From NCBI GenBank assembly GCA_964372745.1, contig CAYJSK010000001.1:1-27461 (forward strand): 27,461 nt of DNA, read 5' to 3'. Every line of letters starts with the position of its first letter. Positions within the stretch are counted from its first letter, which is position 1. Of the stretch, positions 17,032 to 24,807 are shown in pieces. The DNA comes from Candidatus Woesearchaeota archaeon (GTDB lineage: Archaea > Nanobdellota > Nanobdellia > SCGC-AAA011-G17 > GW2011-AR17). The notes beneath the pieces were generated by a model, which was not told the origin of the DNA, did not search any database, and saw only the letters and a program-made list of their open reading frames with translations. The position numbers and the translations under genes are program-made.

Positions 17032-18051
17032 TTAGCTATATGTTGTAGAGGCTATTTTTTCTAAAGTCTTGCGTTTTTCTTGAATGGGCTTTAGGAGATT
17101 ATTAATTTCTTTTGCAAGCGCAGTTTTCAAATCTAAAGGATGAAGTTTCATTTCTGCAAAATCTTTCTCTATATCTTCATAGTTCATGTATTTTACATTT
17201 CCACCGAATTTCTCTGGACGTTCTACAATAAACGCTTCCCCACGATCTCCTTTTATAACCATAATTACATATTTTGTAAAAGCTAAAATTCCATTATCTT
17301 CTATAACACCTTCAGCACACTCTGCACCTTTGATCTTCTTTGTAATTGTTTCTTCATCATCTAAAAGATCAATTTTCGTTTTAGGATCGGAAGCAGACAT
17401 TTTCTTTCCTACAAGCCCAGGAATCAAAGGCGTCATTACTTCTATTCTTGGTTTGTATCCTACATGATGTAGGCTCTCACGAGCGAACATAAGAATCTTT
17501 CTTTGGTCTATTCCTCCATATTGAATATCAACAGAAAGATGTTCTTCATCGAGCGCTTGCATTATAGGATAAATAAGGCCGCTTAACTTAGGATTATCAC
17601 CAAACTTTACCACTTCTGCTGCAGCCCTCTTACAATCATTAATTGTTACTGCTGTTGACATTTTGAGAATATCATAAAAATATTTTTCCTTCATTTGAAA
17701 AGAAGAACCCCTGACTATTTCAAAATCTTTTATATCTGCACCAATACATTCAAACATCAAAGGAATTACTATTTTATAATATTCATACCTTTTATCTAAG
17801 GTTTCCCAAGCTGTTCCATCTAATGCACCATGAATGTCTGCAAGAAGAAGTTTTACTTTGAAACCAGCTTTTAGAAAATCGGATAGTTTGAGAACCCAAA
17901 CAAAATACCCAATATGAGGTCTTCCCGTAATTGCAGTCCCTAAGTATACTGAAGGCTTCTTTTTTTCTTGAAGTAATTTTCTTAATTCTTCTTCTGTAAT
18001 AACTTCTTGCGTATTTCTTGTTACCAGCTGTAAGCGTTTCTCTACGTCCAT
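17032..18051 (-). CDS. tyrS: Tyrosine--tRNA ligase, archaeal type
   Basis: HIGY (HIGH), LLADIH, YPIMQALD, GGIDQRK, KKMSAS (KMSKS), LHPLDLK. Confidence 0.96.
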   Translation of the reverse strand: MDVEKRLQLVTRNTQEVITEEELRKLLQEKKKPSVYLGTAITGRPHIGYFVWVLKLSDFLKAGFKVKLLLADIHGALDGTAWETLDKRYEYYKIVIPLMFECIGADIKDFEIVRGSSFQMKEKYFYDILKMSTAVTINDCKRAAAEVVKFGDNPKLSGLIYPIMQALDEEHLSVDIQYGGIDQRKILMFARESLHHVGYKPRIEVMTPLIPGLVGKKMSASDPKTKIDLLDDEETITKKIKGAECAEGVIEDNGILAFTKYVIMVIKGDRGEAFIVERPEKFGGNVKYMNYEDIEKDFAEMKLHPLDLKTALAKEINNLLKPIQEKRKTLEKIASTTYS

Positions 18052-18087
18052 ACAAAGAAAAAATATTCTAAAATTTATAAAACTATC

Positions 18088-18795
18088 CTACACAGACATT
18101 GTGGCTAATTCTGCTATTTTCTCTAAAGGCGATGTTTGTTCTTGTTGTTTTATGGCAATTCCTTTTCTTCTATTTACACGATCTCTGTGATTTGTAGATG
18201 CGAGAATTTTTCCATCTTCATATATACGAATGTCACCAGACTCTTCACTTAAGGTTACTACTCTGATCCCTTTATGTTTATAGGAAGCAACTATTGCAGA
18301 AGTATGTCGCGTTCCTACTTCTTCTGAGAAGCCTAAGAGTTTTGCAGGATTTTCATTTTTTCCCAGTTCTCTTTTCCTCTCTCTTAAAAGCCCCCTTGTA
18401 TCAAGATTGATTAACTGTGCACCAACACGGACAACTTTCCCTGCATTATTCACCACAACTGCACCATCACAGTTCCCAATGTCTTTGAGAAGCTGAGGCA
18501 TAACTTTTGCAAAAGGTTTACCGAGATATTTTGTTGCTATACCTGTGACACCATTGTGTGTATCTTTTAAATTTTCTTCTGGCATGCCTAGAAGAACAAG
18601 GTAGGCTGGTTTTTTAGGGGTATCAAATTGGACATAACTGACAAAACGACCAAAAACTCTACTCACAGAAGCAGCTGCATGTTTACAGTCATAACTTAGC
18701 CCATAGTGCTCTTGTCTTATTTGGTCTATTTCCTTGACTGTGCGTAAAAGCAAGCCTTTCATAGAATTTCTTTTTTTTCTCTTTATAGCCATCAC
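18088..18795 (-). CDS. DisA_N/diadenylate cyclase domain protein (ATG start probably at 18792)
   Basis: CDGAVVV, GTRHTSA, VVTLSEESGDIRIYEDG; GGTGA SD upstream. Confidence 0.82.
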   Translation of the reverse strand: MMAIKRKKRNSMKGLLLRTVKEIDQIRQEHYGLSYDCKHAAASVSRVFGRFVSYVQFDTPKKPAYLVLLGMPEENLKDTHNGVTGIATKYLGKPFAKVMPQLLKDIGNCDGAVVVNNAGKVVRVGAQLINLDTRGLLRERKRELGKNENPAKLLGFSEEVGTRHTSAIVASYKHKGIRVVTLSEESGDIRIYEDGKILASTNHRDRVNRRKGIAIKQQEQTSPLEKIAELATMSV

Positions 18796-18881
18796 TCGTC
18801 ACCTTTTTAAATATCTTATATTGTAACGGAACAGTATTAAATTGTATCTCTTTCTTTTCCTGTAAAAAGATTACATTTATA

Positions 18882-18896
18882 TAGGTATTTTACCTA
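18882..18896. promoter_or_regulatory. Perfect 6-3-6 palindrome TAGGTA-TTT-TACCTA overlapping the TATA box of the Lrp gene; candidate autoregulatory operator
   Basis: TTTATATA at 18876-18883, palindrome 18882-18896, ATG at 18909. Confidence 0.6.
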
Positions 18897-18908
18897 AAAA
18901 AGATTAAA

Positions 18909-19892
18909 ATGAAAGAATTTTCTCAAAAAGATCTTCAACTTCTTTATGAAATAGATCTTAATGCACGTACACCCTTGAATAAAATTGCTAAAAAAATGAA
19001 GATGAGTCAACAAGGAATACATTATAAAATTCAACAGTTTGAAGAAAAAAAAGTGATTCTTAACTATTATACGCTTATTGATTATATTTGTTTTGGATAC
19101 TCTTGTTATAAAGTCCTTTTTTCTTTACATCATGCAAAAAAAGAACAGAAGGATTTATTTTTACAAACACTCAAACAACATAGTTCTATTCTTTCTATTA
19201 CAGAGTTGGGAGCACATTATGATTATATGGTTTTGTTTGCACAAAAAAATGCTTCTCGTTGTACAAAAGAAATCCACACTCTTCTTACTCAGTTCCCACA
19301 GTTGATCAAAAATTATTCCATACTAACAAATGCTGTGAGTTATGAATTCAAAAGAAAATATCTTACAGAACATTCTTCACGTGCACAAAGTATTGTTCTT
19401 GGAGGAGATAGAGATATACACTCTATGGATATTATGACAATTAAAATTCTCAAGGAACTTTATGACAACCCTAGAATATCTTATGTGAAAATTGCCGCAA
19501 AACATGAAATAAGCCCAAAAACAGCTATTGCTAAAATACGAAATCTTGAAACAAGAGGGATTATCAAAGGCTATGGCGCAAACATCGATTGTTACAGTTA
19601 CAAATACCAGGCCTATAAAATTCTTTTAAAAACTTCTTCTGTTTCTAAACAAAAAGATGAAGAGCTTCTCAAATTTTATCGACAGCAAGAAGAGATTGTA
19701 CATGTTTCAAAAATATTTGGTAACTGGGACTATGAAATAGATGTTGAAGTTGCTTCATTGAAAGACTTTCATGCTTTTTCTATTCTTCTTCGGGCACATT
19801 TTGGAGAAATTATTCAACATTTTGATGTGTATCCCATTCTAAATAATTATATTACAAGTACAGTTCCTAAATCATTTTTTTTAGACCAGTAA
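18909..19892 (+). CDS. Lrp/AsnC family regulator with two tandem wHTH+RAM units
   Basis: LLYEIDLNARTPLNKIAKKMKMS...YKIQQFEEKKVI and ILKELYDNPRISYVKIAAKHEIS...KIRNLETRGII; GAHYDY and GNWDY effector-domain motifs. Confidence 0.88.
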   Translation: MKEFSQKDLQLLYEIDLNARTPLNKIAKKMKMSQQGIHYKIQQFEEKKVILNYYTLIDYICFGYSCYKVLFSLHHAKKEQKDLFLQTLKQHSSILSITELGAHYDYMVLFAQKNASRCTKEIHTLLTQFPQLIKNYSILTNAVSYEFKRKYLTEHSSRAQSIVLGGDRDIHSMDIMTIKILKELYDNPRISYVKIAAKHEISPKTAIAKIRNLETRGIIKGYGANIDCYSYKYQAYKILLKTSSVSKQKDEELLKFYRQQEEIVHVSKIFGNWDYEIDVEVASLKDFHAFSILLRAHFGEIIQHFDVYPILNNYITSTVPKSFFLDQ

Positions 19893-20231
19893 GGATATTT
19901 TTTCTGCTTTAATTTCGAGATTACAGTTATAATCAGATATTGTTCCAATAACTTTTACAAGAGTATTTTCTTTTACAAGAGTATTTTCATTTGTAAAGGA
20001 TATTACTGCTATTTCTCCAGTTTCATCTTTCATTTTTATAAGAGTTACTTCTTCATATTGTATTACAGAAATAACTTCTCCTTCCACCCTCACTGTTTTT
20101 CCTTCCATAGAATGATCTATATCAGCTATCGCAACAAGATCATAGTTTACAAAAAAGGAAAGTATGAAAAGTCCGAGCACCCCTCCCATGGAAGTCGCTA
20201 CAGAAATATTTGAGAGTGTTTTTTCTTGCAT
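19881..20231 (-). CDS. Membrane-anchored OB-fold nucleic-acid-binding protein (start reassigned from 20345)
   Basis: N-terminal hydrophobic helix; GKTVRVEGEV, MKDETGEIAVISF, VKVIGTI, LEIKAEKI OB pattern; TTTATAAA box 20-29 nt upstream of 20231. Confidence 0.8.
   Translation of the reverse strand: MQEKTLSNISVATSMGGVLGLFILSFFVNYDLVAIADIDHSMEGKTVRVEGEVISVIQYEEVTLIKMKDETGEIAVISFTNENTLVKENTLVKVIGTISDYNCNLEIKAEKISLLV
19952..19988. repeat. Perfect 18-bp in-frame tandem duplication (ENTLVK x2)
   Basis: CTTTTACAAGAGTATTTT at 19952-19969 and 19970-19987. Confidence 0.95.
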
Positions 20232-20275
20232 ACGTTTTGAGAGAAAAATGTTTTTATAAAGACTCTGCAAAAAAT

Positions 20276-20292
20276 TCCGGAAGATTTCCGGA
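20276..20292. promoter_or_regulatory. Perfect 7-3-7 palindrome TCCGGAA-GAT-TTCCGGA (box C1)
   Basis: Centred between the divergent TATA-like boxes of the OB-fold and nuclease genes (15 and 16 nt gaps). Confidence 0.7.
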
Positions 20293-20336
20293 TTTTCTTC
20301 ACAAGCACTTATTAAAGCAAAAAATCTTAGAGGACT

Positions 20337-20924
20337 ATGAAACATTTATTCTTAATCTGTATCGTTTTTGTTAGTGCTTGCACTGTACAAGGAGAATTTG
20401 GAAGTTCCTATATTGTTCATGATGTTATTGATGGAGATACATTAGACATAGACCTAGGAAGAATACGACTCTCTGGCATTAACACTCCAGAAACAGGAGA
20501 GTGTTATTATAAAGAAGCAAAAGAAAAGTTAGAAGAACTTGTTTTGTATCAGGAAATTTTTCTTGAAGAAGAGATTACTGATACTGATAAATATGGAAGA
20601 TTTCTTCGTTATATCTACACCAATACTACTTTTATTAATGGATACCTTGTTGAAGAAGGATATGCAAAGGTGTATGATAAGTATAATGAAACTACAAAGT
20701 ATTATTTTGAGCTGAAAGAACTTGAAAAGAAAGCACAAGAAGAACAACTAGGAGTTTGGTCTTGTGTGAATATACAAAATGATTGTTTGTATGTTGCAAG
20801 TAAAAACTCTAATATTTATCACAAGCCTGAATGTAAATGGGCTAAAAGAATTAAGCCAGAGAACTTGATTTGTTTTCACTCTGAGGATGAATTAGAAGGT
20901 TATAGCCCTGGAAGTAGTTGTTAA
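20337..20924 (+). CDS. Thermonuclease (SNase) lipoprotein with C-terminal Ada-like metal-binding domain
   Basis: Lipobox VSA-C; VIDGDT, IRLSGINTPE, DKYGRFLRY; YVASKNSNIYHKPEC...GYSPGSSC. Confidence 0.88.
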   Translation: MKHLFLICIVFVSACTVQGEFGSSYIVHDVIDGDTLDIDLGRIRLSGINTPETGECYYKEAKEKLEELVLYQEIFLEEEITDTDKYGRFLRYIYTNTTFINGYLVEEGYAKVYDKYNETTKYYFELKELEKKAQEEQLGVWSCVNIQNDCLYVASKNSNIYHKPECKWAKRIKPENLICFHSEDELEGYSPGSSC

Positions 20925-20941
20925 CCCGGAGGATTTCCGGA
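20925..20941. promoter_or_regulatory. Palindrome box C2, CCCGGAG-GAT-TTCCGGA
   Basis: 15/17 identical to C1; begins immediately after the nuclease stop, upstream of the permease gene. Confidence 0.65.
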
Positions 20942-20955
20942 GCTTTAAATACTTT

Positions 20956-20972
20956 TTCGAAGAATTTCCGAA
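20956..20972. promoter_or_regulatory. Degenerate palindrome box C3, TTCGAAG-AAT-TTCCGAA
   Basis: 12/17 identical to C1; 31 bp from C2; TTTAAATA lies between C2 and C3. Confidence 0.45.
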
Positions 20973-21017
20973 AAAAATATACCCTCTTTTATTAAGAGAT
21001 CTTTCCTAAGAGAAGAT

Positions 21018-22202
21018 ATGTTTCTTGAAATCACACTTGCAACTGTATTTGGAATACTTTTAGGAATTATTACAGGAATTATTCCAGGAGTGCATGTAAA
21101 CCTTCTCTCTGTGTTCATCCTTTCTCTTTCCCCAATGCTTCTTCACTATTTTTCTCCTTTAAGTTTAGCTAGTTTTATTCTTGCTATTGCCATTACCCAC
21201 ACTTTTGTTGATGTCCTTCCTAGTACTTTTCTTGCTATTCCTGATCCATCCCAAGCATTTGCTCTTTTTCCCTCACATAAGCTTGTTCTTGAAGGCAAAG
21301 GCTATGAAGCAATATTTCTCATTCTTGTAGGAGCATTAGGAAGCCTTCTCTTTAGTTTTCTTTTTCTTCCTCTCTTCTTTTTTGCTACGGAATGGATTTA
21401 TCCTTTCTTACAAAAAAGTATAGGATGGATTCTTCTTTTTGTTTGTCTTTTTCTTCTCTTTAAAGAAAAAAATAGACTTTGGGCTACAATTATCTTTCTT
21501 CTTTCTGGATGTCTTGGTCTTATCGTTTTTTCTCTTCCTTTAGAACAAGGACTCTTTCCTCTCTTCTCAGGACTTTTTGGTGTGAGTGCATTGATTCTTT
21601 CTTTGCAACAGACACATGTTATACCTCCACAAGAAAAATCACATCCAGAACTTAAAGAAGTCTATAAAGCCATTCCTTGTGCAAGCGTTATTGGATGGAT
21701 TGCGAGCTTTATGCCTGGATTAGGACCTGCACAGGCAGCAAGTATAGGCACAAGTATTATCAAACTTCATGAAAAGAGTTACCTTGTTTTGATCGGAGGA
21801 CTTTCTACAGTGAACATGCTTCTCTCTCTATTGAGCTTTTACCTTTTTGAGAAAACACGAAATGGAGCAATTGCAAGTGTTGCTCAATTCTTCCACATCG
21901 ATTTTTTTTCTTTGCTTCTTCTTCTTTTTGTTTGTTTAACAGCAGGAGGCTTTGCGTGTTTTCTTACACTTTTTCTTGCACAAAAATTTTCTTTATGGAT
22001 CCCTCAGCTACCTTACCGGAAAGTTTCTCTTGCTGTTATCTTTTTTATTAGCATTCTGGTTATTCTTCTTACAGGCTGGTTAGGTTTGCTTATTTTTCTT
22101 GTGAGTATTACATTAGGTATGCTTCCAGAAATAAAAGGAGTCACAAGAAGCCAAATGATGGGTTGTTTACTTTTACCTGTACTGTTATATTTTTTATTGT
22201 AA
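21018..22202 (+). CDS. Tripartite tricarboxylate transporter permease family (TctA/DUF112, archaeal type)
   Basis: GIITGIIPGVHVN, THTFVDVLPSTFLAIPD, PSHKLVLEGKGYEA, second repeat ASFMPGLGPAQA; about 11-12 TM. Confidence 0.82.
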   Translation: MFLEITLATVFGILLGIITGIIPGVHVNLLSVFILSLSPMLLHYFSPLSLASFILAIAITHTFVDVLPSTFLAIPDPSQAFALFPSHKLVLEGKGYEAIFLILVGALGSLLFSFLFLPLFFFATEWIYPFLQKSIGWILLFVCLFLLFKEKNRLWATIIFLLSGCLGLIVFSLPLEQGLFPLFSGLFGVSALILSLQQTHVIPPQEKSHPELKEVYKAIPCASVIGWIASFMPGLGPAQAASIGTSIIKLHEKSYLVLIGGLSTVNMLLSLLSFYLFEKTRNGAIASVAQFFHIDFFSLLLLLFVCLTAGGFACFLTLFLAQKFSLWIPQLPYRKVSLAVIFFISILVILLTGWLGLLIFLVSITLGMLPEIKGVTRSQMMGCLLLPVLLYFLL

Positions 22203-22233
22203 AAAAAAAGAAAGAGACTCTTAGAAAGACTAT

Positions 22234-22335
22234 TTACTCGTCATCCCAATCATCATCTTCATCATCAAACCCATCATCATCCATATCATCATCGTCTTCT
22301 AATTTGTATAAAGGTTGTTGTAAGAGATCTTTCAT
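22234..22335 (-). CDS. 33-aa hyperacidic microprotein (start reassigned from 22560)
   Basis: GGAGGAG SD just upstream of ATG 22335; MKDLLQQPLYKLEDDDDMDDDGFDDEDDDWDDE; CTTAAATA box at 22380-22387. Confidence 0.65.
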   Translation of the reverse strand: MKDLLQQPLYKLEDDDDMDDDGFDDEDDDWDDE

Positions 22336-22441
22336 GATATCTCCTCCTGATTTTGTTGCGAGCTTGGTATCAGAATATCTATTTAAGCTTTCGCTTTTTG
22401 AATAGGGATGATTTTTAAATAATTCTCCCTTTACACTTGCA

Positions 22442-22963
22442 ATGGAAGAAGAAATGACGTTTACAGCAGTTCCAGAAGAAGAAAAACCACTCTGGAAGAA
22501 GATTTTTGTTGCCTTACTAGCATTATTTCTTCTCTTTCTTATCTTAGGATACTTTCTCATCCCTCTTGATATTCTTGCAAGCCTTATTGATAGTGAAACT
22601 ATTCATAATGGACTTGTAAAACAAGAAGTTTCTGTTTCTTTTGAAAATGAAAGCTATGAAGTCTTATTGGAGAAGTATAATAGCCACCTGAGTGAAGAGT
22701 TTAAAGTCTGTTTAATGGGAGTATACGATGGTGAATACCATGTTACTTCTGTGTATGATGTCGTGATGTATGAACAAGCATTTGATCATGTTGTTTCTGA
22801 AGCATGCCCGGAAGAGACACTTATTGCGCTGCATTCTCATCCCTACAGACAATGCCTTGCTTCTGCACAGGATCTCAAAACCTTAGAAAAGGCACAAGAA
22901 GTTAATCCAGATGCACTTATAGGTGTCATGTGTGAACCTGAAAGGTTTAGTTTTTATGCTTAA
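22442..22963 (+). CDS. Membrane-anchored JAB/MPN+ (JAMM) metalloprotease-domain protein
   Basis: TM at about aa 21-45; EEFKVCL Glu; exact H-S-H-x7-S-x2-D motif HSHPYRQCLASAQD at 22832-22873. Confidence 0.8.
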   Translation: MEEEMTFTAVPEEEKPLWKKIFVALLALFLLFLILGYFLIPLDILASLIDSETIHNGLVKQEVSVSFENESYEVLLEKYNSHLSEEFKVCLMGVYDGEYHVTSVYDVVMYEQAFDHVVSEACPEETLIALHSHPYRQCLASAQDLKTLEKAQEVNPDALIGVMCEPERFSFYA

Positions 22964-23229
22964 GCAAGGTCTCTATGTGTCTCATAGAGGAAGGCTGCTT
23001 GTTCATTATATTTTTTTATTGCCTTTGTCATTTGTTTAAAAATGTCAGTGGAGTTTATTTCTCCTTTTTTTGCAACCCAAGCATTCATCTCTTTACATAC
23101 TTTCTCACATATTTTTTCTGCTTCACTATGTTTCATTCGTGTACCTAGACACGCTGCATAACAGGAAGCATAGACTTTTCTTTCATCAAAATGTTCTTCA
23201 TGGCCTTTTCTTTTTACAATATGTTTCAT
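22960..23229 (-). CDS. Stand-alone ATP-cone domain protein
   Basis: MKHIVKRKGHEEHFDERKV...INSTDI matches the ATP-cone VxKRxG..FDxxK pattern; GGGGTGA SD. Confidence 0.8.
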   Translation of the reverse strand: MKHIVKRKGHEEHFDERKVYASCYAACLGTRMKHSEAEKICEKVCKEMNAWVAKKGEINSTDIFKQMTKAIKKYNEQAAFLYETHRDLA

Positions 23230-23233
23230 ATTT

Positions 23234-23944
23234 TCACCCCAAATTTATTGTTCCATTTGCTATGAGTATGAGTAACCAACCCATTGCGACTAATAGTAAA
23301 CCAATACATAAACGCATCATCCCCCTGTTCTCTTGTTTCCATTTCTTTACGTTGTAAAGACTTTTTCCTGAAACAACAAGCAAGAGTATAATGACTAATG
23401 GAGCAACAAAGATGATGTTGTATAAAATCAAAAGCATAAAGGCAGTAGCATCAAAGTACTGGGATAAAAGAGTAATAATTGCAAGATAAGGAGCTCCTGT
23501 GCATGGTAACTCTACTGCAGAAACAAAAGCTCCTAGAAACATTATTCCAAATACTGTTGTGCTAGTACTCAGATTATGCAACTTTTTTGCAAAGTACCCG
23601 GGAATTACAAGACTAAAGCCCTTCCCATACCAAAAATAATCTTTTATTTCTAAAATACCTGCAGCTATAATTAAAGCTCCCACACTTAATGAAATGTACT
23701 CTGTAACCCAGAGAGGAATATTTGCTAGGAAATACATTAAGCCAAGACCTGCAAGAAAATACACTGTAAACACGGAGAAAATGTATAAGGATCCAAGAAA
23801 AAGCATTCTTGATATTGATTTTCCTCCTCCAAGTAACACAGAAAGCATAAGAATCAATACGCCTATTGCACAAGGATTAATAGAATCTATTGCTGCTGTG
23901 GTGACTACTACCGTGAGTGTTGGAATGTATGCTTCAACTGCCAT
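23234..23944 (-). CDS. CcdA/DsbD-family transmembrane thiol-disulfide transporter
   Basis: AAIDSINPCAIGVL and AVELPCTGAPY redox Cys pair; about 6 TM. Confidence 0.85.
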   Translation of the reverse strand: MAVEAYIPTLTVVVTTAAIDSINPCAIGVLILMLSVLLGGGKSISRMLFLGSLYIFSVFTVYFLAGLGLMYFLANIPLWVTEYISLSVGALIIAAGILEIKDYFWYGKGFSLVIPGYFAKKLHNLSTSTTVFGIMFLGAFVSAVELPCTGAPYLAIITLLSQYFDATAFMLLILYNIIFVAPLVIILLLVVSGKSLYNVKKWKQENRGMMRLCIGLLLVAMGWLLILIANGTINLG

Positions 23945-24719
23945 GGGCCTCTCCTTTTTCTTCAGCTATTCTATAGGTCCCACAGATATGTTCTGTGCTT
24001 TCTTTCTCTTCTGCAAACTCAATAATGATACAGTCTCCTGGAGGAACTTGACTATATGGGGAAGGAATGTAATCTAGAAAATTTTCTACTTTGTTTTGTA
24101 TGACTCTTTCATTTTCTGTTTTGTATACAAAGACTTGTAAAAATCCATTACATTGTTTCCCATTTTCATAGTTTACAGCTCCCTCATTTGTCATCAGCGA
24201 TATAGCGCTGGAGCTTATTTCTCCCCCAACAGTCTCTATAAAATGTTGAAGATTTATTTTATCCATATCATCTATAACCCCTTCAATATGTATACGATCA
24301 TCATTATGTTCATGAAAAAGATTTGTTCCTATTTTATTTGAAAGGCCATCAGGATCCATAAGATTGAGTTTTTCCCCACATGCCCAAATTTCATAATCTG
24401 CGTGCCAATGGACGGGGCCAGAAGACTCTGCATTGAGATTCATATAAATCGTGGAAATAAGAAGAAATAGGGTTGTAAGGATTATAGGAATGATTAGGGT
24501 TAAGAAAACTAGTTTTTTCTTTTTCTTATAAAAATGAGAAAGAGATACTAAAATTAGAGCATTTGCTGAAGTTAAGCCAATAAGTACTAAGGATATTTTT
24601 GTTAAAACTTCAGGAGAAATAAAATCTTTTTTGTGTTCTTCTTCATGTGCAAAAGCTAGAGGAAGAATAAAGAGAATAAGAAATACATAAACAAATACTC
24701 TGATCACACTCTTTTGCAT
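23934..24719 (-). CDS. Exported/membrane protein with HWHAD and HEHxDxxIH motifs (start reassigned from 24836)
   Basis: Signal MQKSVIRVFVYVFLILFILPLAFA-HEEEH, two further TM, then a soluble domain with His motifs and 4 Cys; overlaps the ccdA-like start by 11 nt. Confidence 0.75.
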   Translation of the reverse strand: MQKSVIRVFVYVFLILFILPLAFAHEEEHKKDFISPEVLTKISLVLIGLTSANALILVSLSHFYKKKKKLVFLTLIIPIILTTLFLLISTIYMNLNAESSGPVHWHADYEIWACGEKLNLMDPDGLSNKIGTNLFHEHNDDRIHIEGVIDDMDKINLQHFIETVGGEISSSAISLMTNEGAVNYENGKQCNGFLQVFVYKTENERVIQNKVENFLDYIPSPYSQVPPGDCIIIEFAEEKESTEHICGTYRIAEEKGEAHGS

Positions 24720-24807
24720 TTTTCTTTTGGGAGTGTTAAGAATTAATAAAGTTTTTGTCCTTACGAAAGAAAAAGATTTATAAAGTTGAATGCTTGTTAT
24801 TTGTTGA

